NCBI RefSeq assembly: GCF_037042905.1
Contig: NC_087252.1
Coordinates: forward strand, 10,232,001-10,296,000
Length of the DNA: 64,000 nucleotides
Direction: 5' to 3'
Origin: Lytechinus pictus
Lineage: Eukaryota
Part shown: positions 10,914-23,893 of the stretch, piece by piece
How positions within the stretch are numbered: position 1 is the stretch's first letter
How the letters are laid out: each line of letters opens with the position of its first letter
The notes under the pieces: model-generated
Database searches by the model: none
Seen by the model: only the letters and a program-made list of their open reading frames with translations
What the model was told of the DNA's origin: nothing
Made by a program: the position numbers and the translations under genes

Positions 10914-11995
10914 TTATTTATTTCGACCACTGCAAGTTTCGCTGGTTTAATTAAACATCCGAAATATTATTTACTTTAGTGCACCACATGTCTACATAAT
11001 GTGAGCTCTGCATATTTGTAATTTAATTAGACGAAATGGCTCCTTCTTGTTATCACTCTCTCGTTACTAACAAACCCTGTTAATCATTGGATGCGATTTT
11101 AAGGAATAGAAACACGTCCCCGCTATCCCGCTCTCCTTATAAATCTTACTCCAATTCTAACGGTTAATTTCGGTGTGAAGAAGTCAACAATTTAGACGGA
11201 TGTTAAAATTAATTTACAATGCGGTGCATCACCTTCCGTTTGTAGCGGACTGGCCGAAATTCGCAATGCATCATGAGAAGAAATCGACATCAGTGAAGCG
11301 CACTTTCATATTATTGTGCATATATGCATGCGATGTGTTGGGCTGACCGACGCGGCTCGGTCGGTTTGCTTAAAATTATGCTGTTTATCAGGGTCTAGGA
11401 GGTGGGAGAGAAATTTGCTGCAGATTTATTTGCAAAATTTAGAGTTTTCGGTGAAATCTTTCTCCGCTTGTTATATGGTTTTCATTTCCTAAGCATCTCT
11501 ACACCAGCACTATATGCGCTGACTGCGCTTAACCTGCGCGTGATGTCGAGCCAAAAGTTAGAAATAAGCCTGTCCGCTGACAACTGATAGATGGCGCATC
11601 GTTTTGTGAATCCACCGGATTGTTGAAAGACACCGTTCCCAATTACTCAGATCATGGTCAAGCCAAAAGAGTCGCCATCCATGAGCCTTAATCCTGAAGC
11701 TCTTATTCGTTATCTCAAGTCAAAATTAACTTCTTTTTAATCTGTGCAGGACCAATACTGATGAATTCTTGAGATAAATGGTATATGTATAATTTCTTGA
11801 AATAAACCCTGCATGTACTTTACAAATTGCCTAATAACACAATTTGTACAGTTAACATTGTTAACCATTGAAAAAAAGTTAGATGTGTTGTTGTGTACTT
11901 AGTTTTTTTTATCACCATATGAAGAAAAAAAAGAATAAGATTAAACTTGATGTATTTTATCCTTGCACTGATACAAACAAACCCTATAAAGGATC

Positions 11996-12339
11996 CTACA
12001 ACTGGTCAAAGACAATGGCAACTATTGATGACAGTAGAAGGGTCTTGGAAGCCGATGTTGCAACTGCACTTCCTGTTGGTGATACAGGAGGTAGCCGAGT
12101 GGGGTTTATATTGGGCCCGTTCGGTCCGGTCATGTCATCTGGGTCAAGGTTTGGAGCGTTGCTCACGTCATAGTCGCCATTGCAGAGGTTGTGGTTGCAA
12201 TAACAATAGCTGTGATTGTTTTCTAGGAATATTAAATCTACTTCAACTATGGGTTCAAGTGTTTCATCGATAGTGTAACAACCGTCGGATGAAGGAACGA
12301 TGGCACAATCGCGTGATAGGTACGAGGCGTTGTGTTCCT
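11996..12339 (-). CDS. Ly6/uPAR three-finger gene A, last coding exon (second half of LU domain, Pro/Thr linker, GPI signal)
   Basis: Acceptor tttacacag|, phase 1; EEHNASYLSRDCA...GCY...YCYCNHNLCN...TGSAVATSASKTLLLSSIVAIVFDQL*. Confidence 0.92.
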
Positions 12340-12959
12340 CTGTGTAAATAATAAAACAGGTACGGTTGTGTGAATTGAAGTAATTACTTCCTAAGAAATT
12401 AAACAATGATTAGCATGGTTAGTTGTGGTCAATGTTTGCAGTGAACAAACTTGCACATTAACTGTATTATCATTATTGCAACCCAGAATCCAAGAATCGG
12501 TCTCGACCCTTTCACACACGCGGTATGCAGGTATGGAGTTGTACACATCTTTCGTTTTATTTGCTGGATGTTATCAGAGGTAATTAACGTCAAATTAGTG
12601 ATCACTTTGATTACTCTTCTTGAATGCTTTTCAAGATTTTAAGTATATTTATGTTCAAATTATTACCCTAAGGGAAAGAAATGGGAGCAAAATTAAATAG
12701 GTCACAATTTGACTCCTTTTTTATCTTAGACATTGCTCATGAGATTTTTTCCCTTTTCATCATTCAGATCTGTGTTTTTTTTTGTAAGCAATGGACGAGT
12801 GGGGGAGGGTGGTGGCGCACTAATATTTGTGGTTTCATATAGCTAATATGCCAAAATGCTGACAGGCGAAATTGCTTTTAATGATATAGTAAGGGTGTGA
12901 CAAAACATAATTTGAACTAGCCTCGAGACATCTACTGCACTAAAAAGAGATGTGTTGCT

Positions 12960-13476
12960 CCGGGGGGGGGGGGGGCACTCGACCAAAAAAGTGGTAGGGG
13001 TGTGCCGCGGGCGAGACAAAAAACGGGGGCCTTGGAGCGGGCTAAATGTAAAAGGAGGGTCCTCGGAACGGGCTTCGGAACTACAAATGTTTGTGAAAAC
13101 GGGGGTCCTTGGAACGGGTCGCCTGCGTGCGAGTGCGTATGCATCCCTATGGAACGTACATGCGGCTAGCCCGGCGGCACGACTGACGTGCGCGCTAGCG
13201 CAGAGACGATGGTCGGACAGCGAGCTGCGGCCGCTTTTCACCAAAATTGCGACCGGAACGGCGTAACGGAAAATATGCGAAGCCATGGAGCGGATTTTTT
13301 TCTTCTTTTTTCTCGAGAAGAAGAAAATGCTATGCTCTGGAACGGCTTTCTTTGTTCTTTTTCTCAATAAGACAAAAATGCTATGCCTCGGAACGGAAAT
13401 TTGAGTGTAAAAATGGGGTCCCCTCCGCGGCACATACCCACTATACATTATATACTGAGTGCCCCCCCCCCCCCGG
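12960..13476. mobile_element. GC-rich non-autonomous DNA transposon with CCGGGGG...CCCCCGG termini and 8-bp TSD (intron of Ly6 gene A)
   Basis: TSD GTGTTGCT at 12952-12959 and 13477-13484; TIR (G)n-CACTC / GAGTG-(C)n; internal GGAACGG repeats. Confidence 0.88.
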
Positions 13477-13804
13477 GTGTTGCTCTTCGATTCTGATCAT
13501 CGGTATAATCATTATTAAAGACCATAGCGAAGACGAACCACTGAATACCGATCAAACGTTTTCAACTATACCAATATCTTGAATTTCCAAAGTTACTAGC
13601 ACGGTACTTTTTGTTGGGAGGGGGGGTCAAACCAATTTTGGTCCTACTACTAAGAACTGCGTGAATTGAATGATGCCAAGGTGCTGGCGTGATGGGCATA
13701 TTTTCGCGGTGCGTGGCGTTATACATCCATGCCATTATCAATTTTATTGATAAATGGGTGGACAGCAGATCGAAGCATATTCACGCATAAATAATGATTC
13801 TCAC

Positions 13805-13993
13805 CTCCATTGAGAATGAATCGAATGGTGACATCGTGGAACGTGCATCCCAGGTCAAAAGAAGGAAAATAAGGACCTATCGGGCAGTCGACTTCTTCTC
13901 CATACGATCCACCCTCACAAGAAGCCTGTCCAGTCTGCAGTACATCGTCTCCTGATGCCAGATTCAGGCATCGATAGCAGGTGATTGCCTCCC
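13805..13993 (-). CDS. Ly6/uPAR gene A, coding exon 2
   Basis: ag|...|gtgaga, 189 nt, phase 1-1; GEAITCYRCLNLASGDDVLQTGQASCEGGSYGEEVDCPIGPYFPSFDLGCTFHDVTIRFILNG. Absent from the ORF track. Confidence 0.92.
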
Positions 13994-14889
13994 CTAGTGA
14001 TTAAGATCGGACGATTAGAATATTCTTATGAAACGAAAGCAATATCAACTTGAGGATATTTGCGCCACAAAAGTAGAACAGTTTTAAAGCTCAAATCCAA
14101 CGCCCAAACTGGTTGATTCGCGAACATGGACCTACTAAATCCATTATTGGAACAAATACAAAAATAGCAAATACAACACTGTATATTAAACCAAATTTGC
14201 AAAGTTATATAAAACAAAGTGTACATAAGTTATTAACGCTTTGTTCATTCTTGCAAAGCGTTCGCATGATGAAAACGGTTATTGTTATGCACCTCCTCGT
14301 CAGTATGTTAAATTAATAAGAGAGCCAATAACACTGATACCTCATCGGAAATTTATATTCTTTTTATATTCATATACTGACCTGGATGGAGGTAAAGGGG
14401 TGCGGGAAGGTAGACCTGTGGGTCATGGTAATTAGGTTAACCTTTAGGCAGCCCCTTCATCTCTATTCCAGGTCCTTTGTATTATATCACGTATATCCTA
14501 TTGTTTATGTAATTTGTATTGTACTGTAATTCATGTATTCTGAAATGCCGAATAAATAATAATAATGATATTCACATTCAGGTTTTATTGAATTTTTGAT
14601 TGACATTGCTGGATTATTATCAAAATTTATATCATGAAACAAACCACAAATTATGATAAAGGCATTATTCTACAGTTCTTAAATTGAAAAACCTAATAAG
14701 GTGTTGCTTATGACGTCCCTCTGTACCGTTCCTCTATTCTAAATGTGATTTTAAAAAGCTGGCAGGAAAGAGGAAACATTAATAAGCCTTATTTTGTTTT
14801 CATTAAAGCATATCTTTAGTTTGGTAATTAACCCAAAGTACATGTCTCTTTTCCAGTTTATTAATAGATTATACTTGTGAACGCATGTG

Positions 14890-15128
14890 CAGTGTAAAAA
14901 ATGTGGTGTTAAAACGGACACCAATTGGTATTAATAGAGGACCACACCCTGAGGTGTTAAAATAACACCCTAGAGATTGAACATAACACCAAAGAGTGTA
15001 AATGTAACAACCATAGGTGTTGTAATAACACCTATAGGTGTAAAATTAACACCACCAATTTAACACTGGTGTAAAATAACTGGTGTGGTCCTCTATGTAC
15101 ACCGGTTAACACCACAGTTTTTGCTGTG
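14890..15128. mobile_element. Short foldback element built of AACACC/GGTGTT repeats
   Basis: Inverted ends aaaaatgtggtgttaa / ttaacaccacagttttt; resembles 39220-39461. Confidence 0.7.
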
Positions 15129-15252
15129 TGCGAAAAGGGTTTCCTTTATGAAGGACACAAAGTAAGAAAAAATAATGATAATGTCACTGTAAGTTACGTG
15201 TATATTTAGAGCGAGAGAGAGGAGATATAATATACAAATATATATATATATA

Positions 15253-17282
15253 CACAACAAAAAAGTAAGTCCCCCCTAAATCAAATTGATGTAACTTTTG
15301 AACGGAATTATTTTGAGATATGATATTTCGTAGGTGGTTTTCTACACTCATTAAGCAACTCCTAGGGAAAATGAGATTGATCGGTTGAGTCATGCATGAG
15401 TAATCAAAGATTGAATTAAAAATGACCATTTTTAAAGTCACAAGAGTCGTTTTTCAGGTTGTGCAAATACAAAGTTGTTGTTAGGTGAATTTTATGGCGT
15501 TAAAGCTGTTTTACTATCCATCATTTAGCCACTCCACACATAATTTTGATATCGTATGTTCATGGTTGAGTGAGCACAATATTGCAGGGGCTGCAAAATC
15601 GGGGGGGGGGGGGGCTAGGGGCCCCCACTTTTTTTCCAAAAGCATGTACAAAAATGTAGAAATGACTATACGATTGTGATTTTTTTGCATGGTCAGCCCC
15701 CACCCCCACTTTTAGCTAAGCCCCTCCGCCACACTTTGAAAACCATTCCGCGGCCCCTGTATTGTGAAGTATCATCATAGGGGTTTTTGGTAGTATTTTC
15801 TACAACTTGTTAGGTCATATTAAAATTTGAAAATGTTGATGTCTCCCCAGACTATAGGCCCCTCCCCCATTTTTAAATTCTGGATCCACCCCTGATTTGT
15901 CCATAAATTAAAGTGATCATGAGAAATTGTTAAGAAAATAATACAGTATAAAGAGTTTTCGAATGTGCTCGCTCAACCATGAAAGTGTTAAAAGTTCGGA
16001 AAGTGTGCGGTGATAGAAATGATGGATGATAAAACCGAATTTGCCCCCAATATTCACCTTATTACCCTTTAAATTAGTCTGTGACAATGAAAATACCAAT
16101 TTTCCCACTTTGATGCGTGCTCACTCATCCATAAATATACAAATCGATTTCATTTTTGCACAGAATTCTGCCCATAGGTTGATAAACATTACTGCCAAAT
16201 GACATTGGTAAAGACAGCCTTGAAAAAAAGTTCCACCATATTGAATAAGGGGCTACTTATTCTTAAACATATGCACCCATAATGTACACAATTCTATGAA
16301 AGAGGAAGTTAATATTTTAACAAATATGTAATAAGGGTTTGTTTCATGGACGGTTTTGGTTACTTCTGCCAATAGTTATTTCATGAAACTTCGCACATGG
16401 CTTCACAGTAACATTATCCAAAAGGCGCGCGCACCAAAATAACAATTCGATACGACACAGAGTGGGGCCAAGGCCTTGAAATTTCTTCTCATTTGCATAA
16501 TTTTCGAATACTGTGTGCTCACTGATGCATTAAACATCGGGATTTTCATAAAATTCAAATCAAATGAACCATGCAAGGAGGTTTGTGACAGATATCAATA
16601 GTTACAAATTGCATTTTTTCCAATAGCGTAAAATAGAGCTAATAACATTCCACATGTTCATTCAAGCGTGAATGTTTAATTAAACGCCTTTGAATCATTG
16701 AAGCATGTTAATTGGTCATGATCATAACAAAAAAGTTGATAAAAGATCAGTTTCAGTTACCAAAATGAAACAATACTTGCCTATGATTTTTGAAAATCAC
16801 ATTTTTGTTTTCAATAATTGTTCATTGAACCGTGAAACGATGAATATTTTTGAAGATACTCTTCCCCAAAATAACTGTTATCATATTTTATCATTTTTAT
16901 TGATAAAAATGTGTAAAATTCGAATTATAGCAAATTTGGACTTGTGTTTATTCAACCGCGAAATTTAGCAAAAAAAGTAGTATCGTCTTTTAGAAAGTAC
17001 CTTTTACAAGCCTTCTGACTATTTTTCATGATGAGAATGGGGAATCAGTTCCAATAAAATGGAATCAAAGTTATGATATTTGGCTTGTGACTTTTGAAAA
17101 GTGACAGTTTTGCCTTCTGACGGTGCTCACTGAAGCATGATGTAAAATACGTCCATAACATTTACTCAGATGGTAGCTTATAACATTACCTACAAGCTCA
17201 CTGCATGTAAAATATATAAAAACTCGTATTGGTTCGGAAATTATTGATGTTTGTTTAAGGGGGACTTACATTTTGTGTTGTG
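15253..17282. mobile_element. ~2-kb non-autonomous TA-TSD DNA transposon inserted in (TA)n
   Basis: TIR CACAACAAAAAAGTAAGTCCCCCCTAAA / TTTAAGGGGGACTTACATTTTGTGTTGTG; recurring GTGCTCACT motif inside. Confidence 0.85.
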
Positions 17283-18167
17283 TATATAATATAGAGAGAG
17301 AGAGAGAGGGAGAGGGGGAGATGAAAATGTGAGCTGGATGCAACTGTTGTATATCACTATTTTGTAGTAAAACTTTACGAGTCATTTAAAACTAGGGCAT
17401 AGTAAGAACTATGACTAGTCATATCAGCTACACAGCTGATTTTGTTATTTTGACCATTTTATTTTAAGAGTCCATGTTCACTTTTAGAGAAATTGACACA
17501 ACATGATTTTTAGAACCAGTTACTCATAAAAAGACATTTTTCGCAAATTTTGCGTTCATTTTTATTTTCGTAAAAGTTTTGTTCATCCACGATTTGCATC
17601 TACGCATACTTTCTTGGAATTTATTGGATTTATCATAAATGCAAATGAATTAGGATATAAAAGATCTTCAACTCATATTGAAGTCATTTGATTTTGAATT
17701 CCATTTTAAAACTTTGCAATCGTTTTCTGATATAAAAGTCTACAATTAAAATTGTTGATTGATAGCAAATATGTATTCCTAAATTCAAAGAAATGACACA
17801 TCTGAAAAATTATCATTAAAAAGAAAAATTAGTTTATTTACATAACTCGAAAAAACACTATTTAACAGGTCTAATAAATAAAAAAAATATTTACCTACCC
17901 GAGTAGGGTTATAAATTTATGGATAACAAGAAAAAAAACACCAATAAGAATTAAAGTAACATGTGCCATTCATGAAATAACGTCAATCTCCGATTATATA
18001 TGCCAACATATGTACAGTAGACAAAACAAAACAAATATTGGTGCCTTCCATGACGAATTCAACAAGTAACATCGGAAGATTCTTGTACAGACCATCAGTT
18101 GTGTTGATATGCACGATTGCCTACAATCATTAGAATGAACTGATAAAATAATTTGATAGAAACTTAC

Positions 18168-18222
18168 CTCTGTAAGAGACCGAAAGTATCATGACTAAAA
18201 CTGCCAAAGGTGTCGGAAGCAT
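18168..18222 (-). CDS. Ly6/uPAR gene A, signal-peptide exon; spliced CDS 55+189+344 nt = 195 aa, 10-Cys LU domain, GPI-anchored
   Basis: aacag|ATG...MLPTPLAVLVMILSVSYR+G|gtaagt, phase 1; joins in frame to GEA-ITCYRC. Confidence 0.88.
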
Positions 18223-18652
18223 CTGTTTAATATAACAAAATATATTTGATTAAAAACTGAAATTTTGATATTTCCATTTTTAATCTTTTAAATTATCAGT
18301 GGTTATGAAAACAATCAATGTACAATGCGGCAACCTGAAGAACGCACATAAATCAAATCATAATACTTCTTTAACGAAGAGCAATCAAAAGTATTTGATC
18401 ATGATGTAACCTTTACGGAAAGAGCTTCCAAGTATTATAAAAACCTCTTATAGGTATAAACATTCAATGAGCAATATAATTTATTCATTTTAAATTTTCC
18501 AATATTAATATTGACCGATCAAACTAATATTATATATGTATGACGTACTCATATTTAAGTCAGCTGGGGGTATCTAAAAAGTCATTTAGAGTAAAATATG
18601 AGAAAAGGGGTAATTACGTGGTAAAGTTTAAACAGCTTCATCACTGACTTAC

Positions 18653-18740
18653 CATGTTTATTAGAGCTATATAGTTACCGGAACACGACAAATGTCGACC
18701 TCGTAAACTAGAAGATCAAGATGATCTACTCTGCTCCGGA
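18653..18740 (-). other. Candidate upstream first exon of Ly6 gene A (ends ...AACATG|gtaagt)
   Basis: Consensus donor ~430 bp upstream of an exon that needs one; start not definable. Confidence 0.4.
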
Positions 18741-21700
18741 TTGGGAAGAAATAATCAGGAAAGACCGCTACAAGTCATTCTAAGAAGTCACACTGCCAGG
18801 GATTGTACTTCACATATTAAATGGGATTCAAATCATGACATCTAATTGGCTGAATATTCTTGCGTTCCTATGATAATAACATCGAAACAGTTTTCCTTGT
18901 TTAGTTTGTTTACTTTTCTTATGCCATCGATGCCATTATTAGTTGATCCATTCATTGTATGGTTTACTTAAATTTCTTGCGTTTGTTCTTCCTTTTGTGA
19001 AAAAAAAATATGTGCTTACACACGTTGTATTGACCTTCGCTAACTGCCCAAGACTATACCCTTTGTTTAATGTGTTTGAGATGTGCCATATTCGTTTTTG
19101 TAGTTTTTTATATGAAAAGCGGGGGTTTCCCAAAAAAAATCCCAAAGTGGATGGACACCGGTTCACCAACAAACAAAAGAAAACTGCTTGCACTGGTAAC
19201 AAAACTCCCACGAATCTACGGGAAAGGTTAAAACGTGATTGCTCATACGTTTTAGTTTGTTCCTCGGGTCTGCTGTGACCATCATGAAATTACGAAAAGT
19301 AATCCAATATTTGCCAAATTAGAAATCATTATTAAAAAAAATGCAAAGTCTGCTTTTACATCAAAGTAATTTGATAGAAATTAATCCAATTCTTAAATAT
19401 GTCCATATGCAGGGGTCACTACTCTGCTGTGGAAACCCTTACTCGGTTAACGGTCTGAATGTGCAGCCTATAATAATTTATGTACCGAAGGCCCTCTTGC
19501 CTGAATTGAAAAAAGCAAGTTTCGTATGTGCTAGTCTTTACATGGAGACCCGATTGTTGATTAAAAGTTTGAATCTGAGTCTGGAGAATAGCCAAATTTC
19601 CAGGGGGGTAGCCTATAATCTATGCGGAGGCTGCAGTTTTTGCCTTTGCTGTTATGCTGAACACTGTGGCTGCGCTTCTAACGCAGCTACAATGCGTATT
19701 CTTCGCTAGATCAGACGTATCGCTTACGGTCAGCCTAACAGCCATAAGCGGCGGAAGCGGGGGAGGGGGGGGGGGGGGTGGGGGAATATCCACGCGCGTC
19801 CCCCACCCCTAAAGTAACAACCCATGCAAGGGACGTATTCCCCCCCCCCCCCCCGACGAGTTTGTTATGTGGTGCGAAATGTCCTTCCTATCATGTTGAG
19901 CTGTTGAGGAGCTTTTTTTTTTTTTTTTTGCTTGTCAATTTGTTTTCTGGTACGAAACCCTTTATATCCTGTTGAGGACTTTTTTTTTCTTGTCCACAAA
20001 CTTGTGACTGAAGACCTTTTTTTTTGCTTGTCAAATTTCACATTTTGGGCAGGCGATTTTGCCTTTCCCCCCCCCCCCCCCCCCTGTGGAAAATCCTAGG
20101 TACGCTACTGTATTGGAGTCACATACCTTGATCTTCTTGTTTATCATACAAAATAAAGTATGTAAAAAGTGGGCGTGGCCTATGACATCAATAAACAAAA
20201 TTGACCAAGGGTGCCCAAGTGGCACCCGTCGGATCCTTGAAGTAGACTCCCTATACGTGCTATACTACAACTTTCAGCAAAAAAATTGCATATTTACCCA
20301 ACTTGACGGTCATGCAATAAATGTTATCATATCTACCTGAACAGTATTTCGATATCGGTCTCCGAGCTCCGCGGCTAGCTACATTGTATTATGCATATGC
20401 ATGATTATGAGCCGACCGCCGGTGCTTTACTTCTGATTGGCTTATATTTCGACGTGTGCTTGTTAGCAAATGAGGTAAACGCGTGATAGGTTAATGAATA
20501 ATCATTCCCCGTCAGTTTTTTTTTACTGGCTGTATATTAATTAAATAATGCAGCACTCTTCAGGTAAATATTGGGGGCTTTGGGGTGCTACCTTTCCAGC
20601 TTCCTCGGGTCATGGTGTGACTGGACTGCACAGATCATGTTCCAATTGAAAATTGAAGCATCTCTTTCGTCTACAAAGCATTGGTGTCCTAAACTTTCAA
20701 ACACTCATATCTTTAGGACACTTCAATTCGTTGATCCCCCCTTCGTTCGGTTTCACGATAGAAAACTTGTTCCACGGGATTCCTTCTTCTTTTACACACC
20801 TTAATCTTTGCTTTTGTTTTTCTTTCTTTTCAGCTTCCTCGGTCTAATTGAAAATTTTCTCCTTCGCCATTTCATACCCCCAAGAAGTTTTTTATATTAT
20901 TATTATTATCATTATTCTTTGGATGTAAACGGAACAATAATGTCACTCAATCGAGTGAGCAATGATTATTGTTGCTGGGACAACCCGCCATGGATATGAA
21001 ACGTATTTACTAATATCGATAGTTCTATCATTGGCAGTACCTTCTTCTGCGGAGACTACAAGCAATTTTCTCGAAAAAAGGGGGCAAACAGGTCAATCAT
21101 TTCTACTTTTACCTTGGTAAGTCATAAAATTCACACTCGCTTTATTGTAGTATGTGAGACGTTTTGTCTAAAATTTAAATTAGAGCTCGAAGATATGGAA
21201 ATGTAGACCTACTTCCATGACTTTCCTGTTAGTAATAACGTTTATATACTGAAGGTTTAGTCTGAAAAAGAAAACACGTGTTATACGTCATTATGTTGAC
21301 TATTACTTCTTTTATTTGCACTGTTCGTTGATGAAAACACAAATATGAATGAATGTACCGTATTTACACTTTTCAGAAATTGCAGTAGAATAGTGAAGTG
21401 GATTTAAGAACTCTACTTTCAGGGATCACTAAACATTTCAATGTCAATTATCGGCATTTACTGGAATAGAAACTAAATAAATACAGATACATGTATTCTA
21501 CAAAGTTTATTCATGAAGTTCAAATTTTCGTCATAAAATACCTTTTATTCAGGCATACACGATAAACGAACAGTGGCAAGGTAAATGGTGTTTTGATATT
21601 TCTTTTAGCGCTGTCGCAAAGGGTGCCGTATATGATCTAGTTTTCAAGTCGTCTAACCTTTGGTAAACGGTCATGTGACGTTTACCCCAGTATCATCAAT

Positions 21701-22675
21701 ATTCATATATTTAAAATGAATGTGGTTATTGGCTGTTTTTCATATATAATTCATTTATGATTTCATTTATTATCCAGTTTGAATTTTTTCCTTCCGTTAG
21801 TGTTAAAAAATTGGTATCCACAATATAGTTTTATCGCTTTATCTGAAAATAACCTCTTGAGCCCTTTTATTCATTTATTTTTTTTAGATGCTTGGTTCTG
21901 AATCTCATATCCTAGTACAGTATTTCAGTTTGTTACTTACATTTGTTACTTACATTTCCCCATCATTCACTTCACATACTTTGAAACTGTTAAACTCAAA
22001 CCTAAATATATCAATAAAACACTTTATAAAACATATATTAAACATTTTATAAAATCTGTTTAAAAACATAACTCAGTGAATTAAATCTATCGATTATCAA
22101 CACATCCACGACACAGTTACTTCCATTAGCAAAGAGGACAGCAACAACTGATTCCATAATACTGAGCTTGCTCAGATCTACAGAAAATGGTGGAGGGTCA
22201 TTCTCAGAAAAATGCTACAATTGATGGGGGAAAAAATCGTAAAAATTAAGTCTACAGAATGGGTTGAAAAATAGATATTGTGAAAGTACCATGTATGAGA
22301 AAGTGGCAACAGAAAAGGGGCAAGTCGCTGTTGCGTCAATTTGAAGTACTGACCGGATTAACTCGAGCACTGTATATCAATGTTACGGAGGTTAATCGTT
22401 TGCATTGCTCACTTATGTTACTCAATTAAATCACTTTTGAAATGATTAAATAGAAATGCGCACCATTTAGATTCAGTGTGGTATCAACAATTTTATTTAC
22501 TGAAGCCAAAATGTTTGCAAGATAGAAAAAATATTCAATATTGTTTTTCAGAAGCAGGATTTTACCAAATAACATTTAACTAAAAGTACCATAAAAAATA
22601 TTGCAATCTTTCGTTCAGTTTATTGTTCATAATTTGAATGAGGCAACCTTAAAATAACTTTCATCTATAACCTGA

Positions 22676-23893
22676 GATCCTAAGCAATGCATGACCTATG
22701 CTGGGAATCCGAAGATAGTTTACCATTAAATCCTCTCGATGGCATTTAACCATGTCAACCTTCGTTACGGAAGTTAAAATCAAGTTACAAATTGCAATAC
22801 TTATTTTGTTAGCTTAAGAACATCCATATTCTCTTGGCTTGCTTCGCGAACGAAGATTTATAAAGGCAGTCCACGTCGACTGCAGGCACGCATGTGACTC
22901 ACAAGGCCGATACGTGATAGACAGGCCCGGCCACAGCGGCCGCAGTCAAAAGTCACGTTTGGTGTGGCTGCTGAGGCTTCGCGATTCTTTCTGCGGCGAC
23001 GTTTCTCCCTCAGGTGATCTTTTCGGGATTCCTCGAAAGAAGAGGCAGCCTGATGGACTATATGTCGCCAGCTAGCACGGTCAGCAGCCAGAGTAGACCA
23101 CTGGCAATGATCGATATGGCATGTACCGAGGGACTTCTTCAGGATGTCCTTGAAGCGTTTCTTTGGAGCCCCTCTGTCACGATTGCCAGTAGAAAGTTCG
23201 CCGTACAGGGCTATCTTGGGCAGGCGATGGTCTTCCATTCTTGAGATGTGTCCTGCCCAACGGAGCTGAGTCTTCAGCAGCAGCAGCTGAACATCCATAT
23301 TAATGTATTGGTATAACATTTTTCATTTATTTATTGAAGATGAATGTGGAACGCATTGCTTAATTTTCCCATCCCCCCCCCCCCCCATTTTTTTTTAATG
23401 TTAAAAACAGAACAGGAAAAGGACAACTGTCATTTTTGTTGTCGTTCTTGTTCACAGTTGGAATGAGAAAACCGAATAATCGGGCCACAAAATTGTAGTT
23501 CATCTTAAAAGTTTCTGGCCCTAAGTAATCATAAGCAAGATCCTAAGCAATGCATGACCAATTCTGGTAATCCCAGGATACTTTACCATCAAATCCTCAA
23601 GTGACATTTACCCTTATCAATCTTCGTTACGGAAGTTAAATTAAGTTACAAATTGTAGTATTTATTTGTTAGCTTAGGAAAATCCATATTTAGGTATTCG
23701 TATAACCTTTTTCAATAAATAAAGATAAATGTGGAACGCATAGCTTAATTTGCTACCCCTCCCCCAAAAAAGAAAATGTGAAAAACATAACAGGAAACGG
23801 AAACTGTAATTTTATTGTCGTTCTTGTTCAAAGTTGGAATGAGAAAACTGAATAACCGGGCCACAGAATTGCAGTTCATCTATAATTTTCTGG
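22676..23893. repeat. Diverged tandem duplication of a ~360-bp unit (22676-23520 with RTE insert; 23538-23893 empty)
   Basis: Both start agatcctaagcaatgcatgacc and end cgggccaca.aattg.agttcatct...tctggc. Confidence 0.9.
22831..23288 (-). mobile_element. 5'-truncated RTE-clade LINE (3' 458 bp), 13-bp TSD
   Basis: QLRWAGHISRMEDHRLPKIALYGEL...CGRCGRACLSRIGLVSHMRAC (RTE C-terminus with zinc finger); tail TAAATCTTCGTTCGCGAAGCAAGCCAAGAG; TSD GAACATCCATATT at 22818-22830 and 23289-23301. Confidence 0.95.

Noticed and set aside
12843..13582. Cluster of 60-201 aa ORFs
   Set aside because: They arise from a GC-rich non-autonomous transposon with TSD inside an intron; no protein features.
14900..15120. 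Short periodic repeats resembling a CRISPR array
   Set aside because: Degenerate AACACC units without unique spacers, in eukaryotic DNA, with foldback ends.
20570..20880. Purine-rich, coding-looking stretch on the minus strand
   Set aside because: Stops in the frames I read and no recognisable motif; possibly a decayed TE, not supportable.
23289..23319. ATG-initiated start of the 153-aa ORF
   Set aside because: The first ~10 codons come from flank and TSD; the ORF is a truncated RTE end, not a gene.
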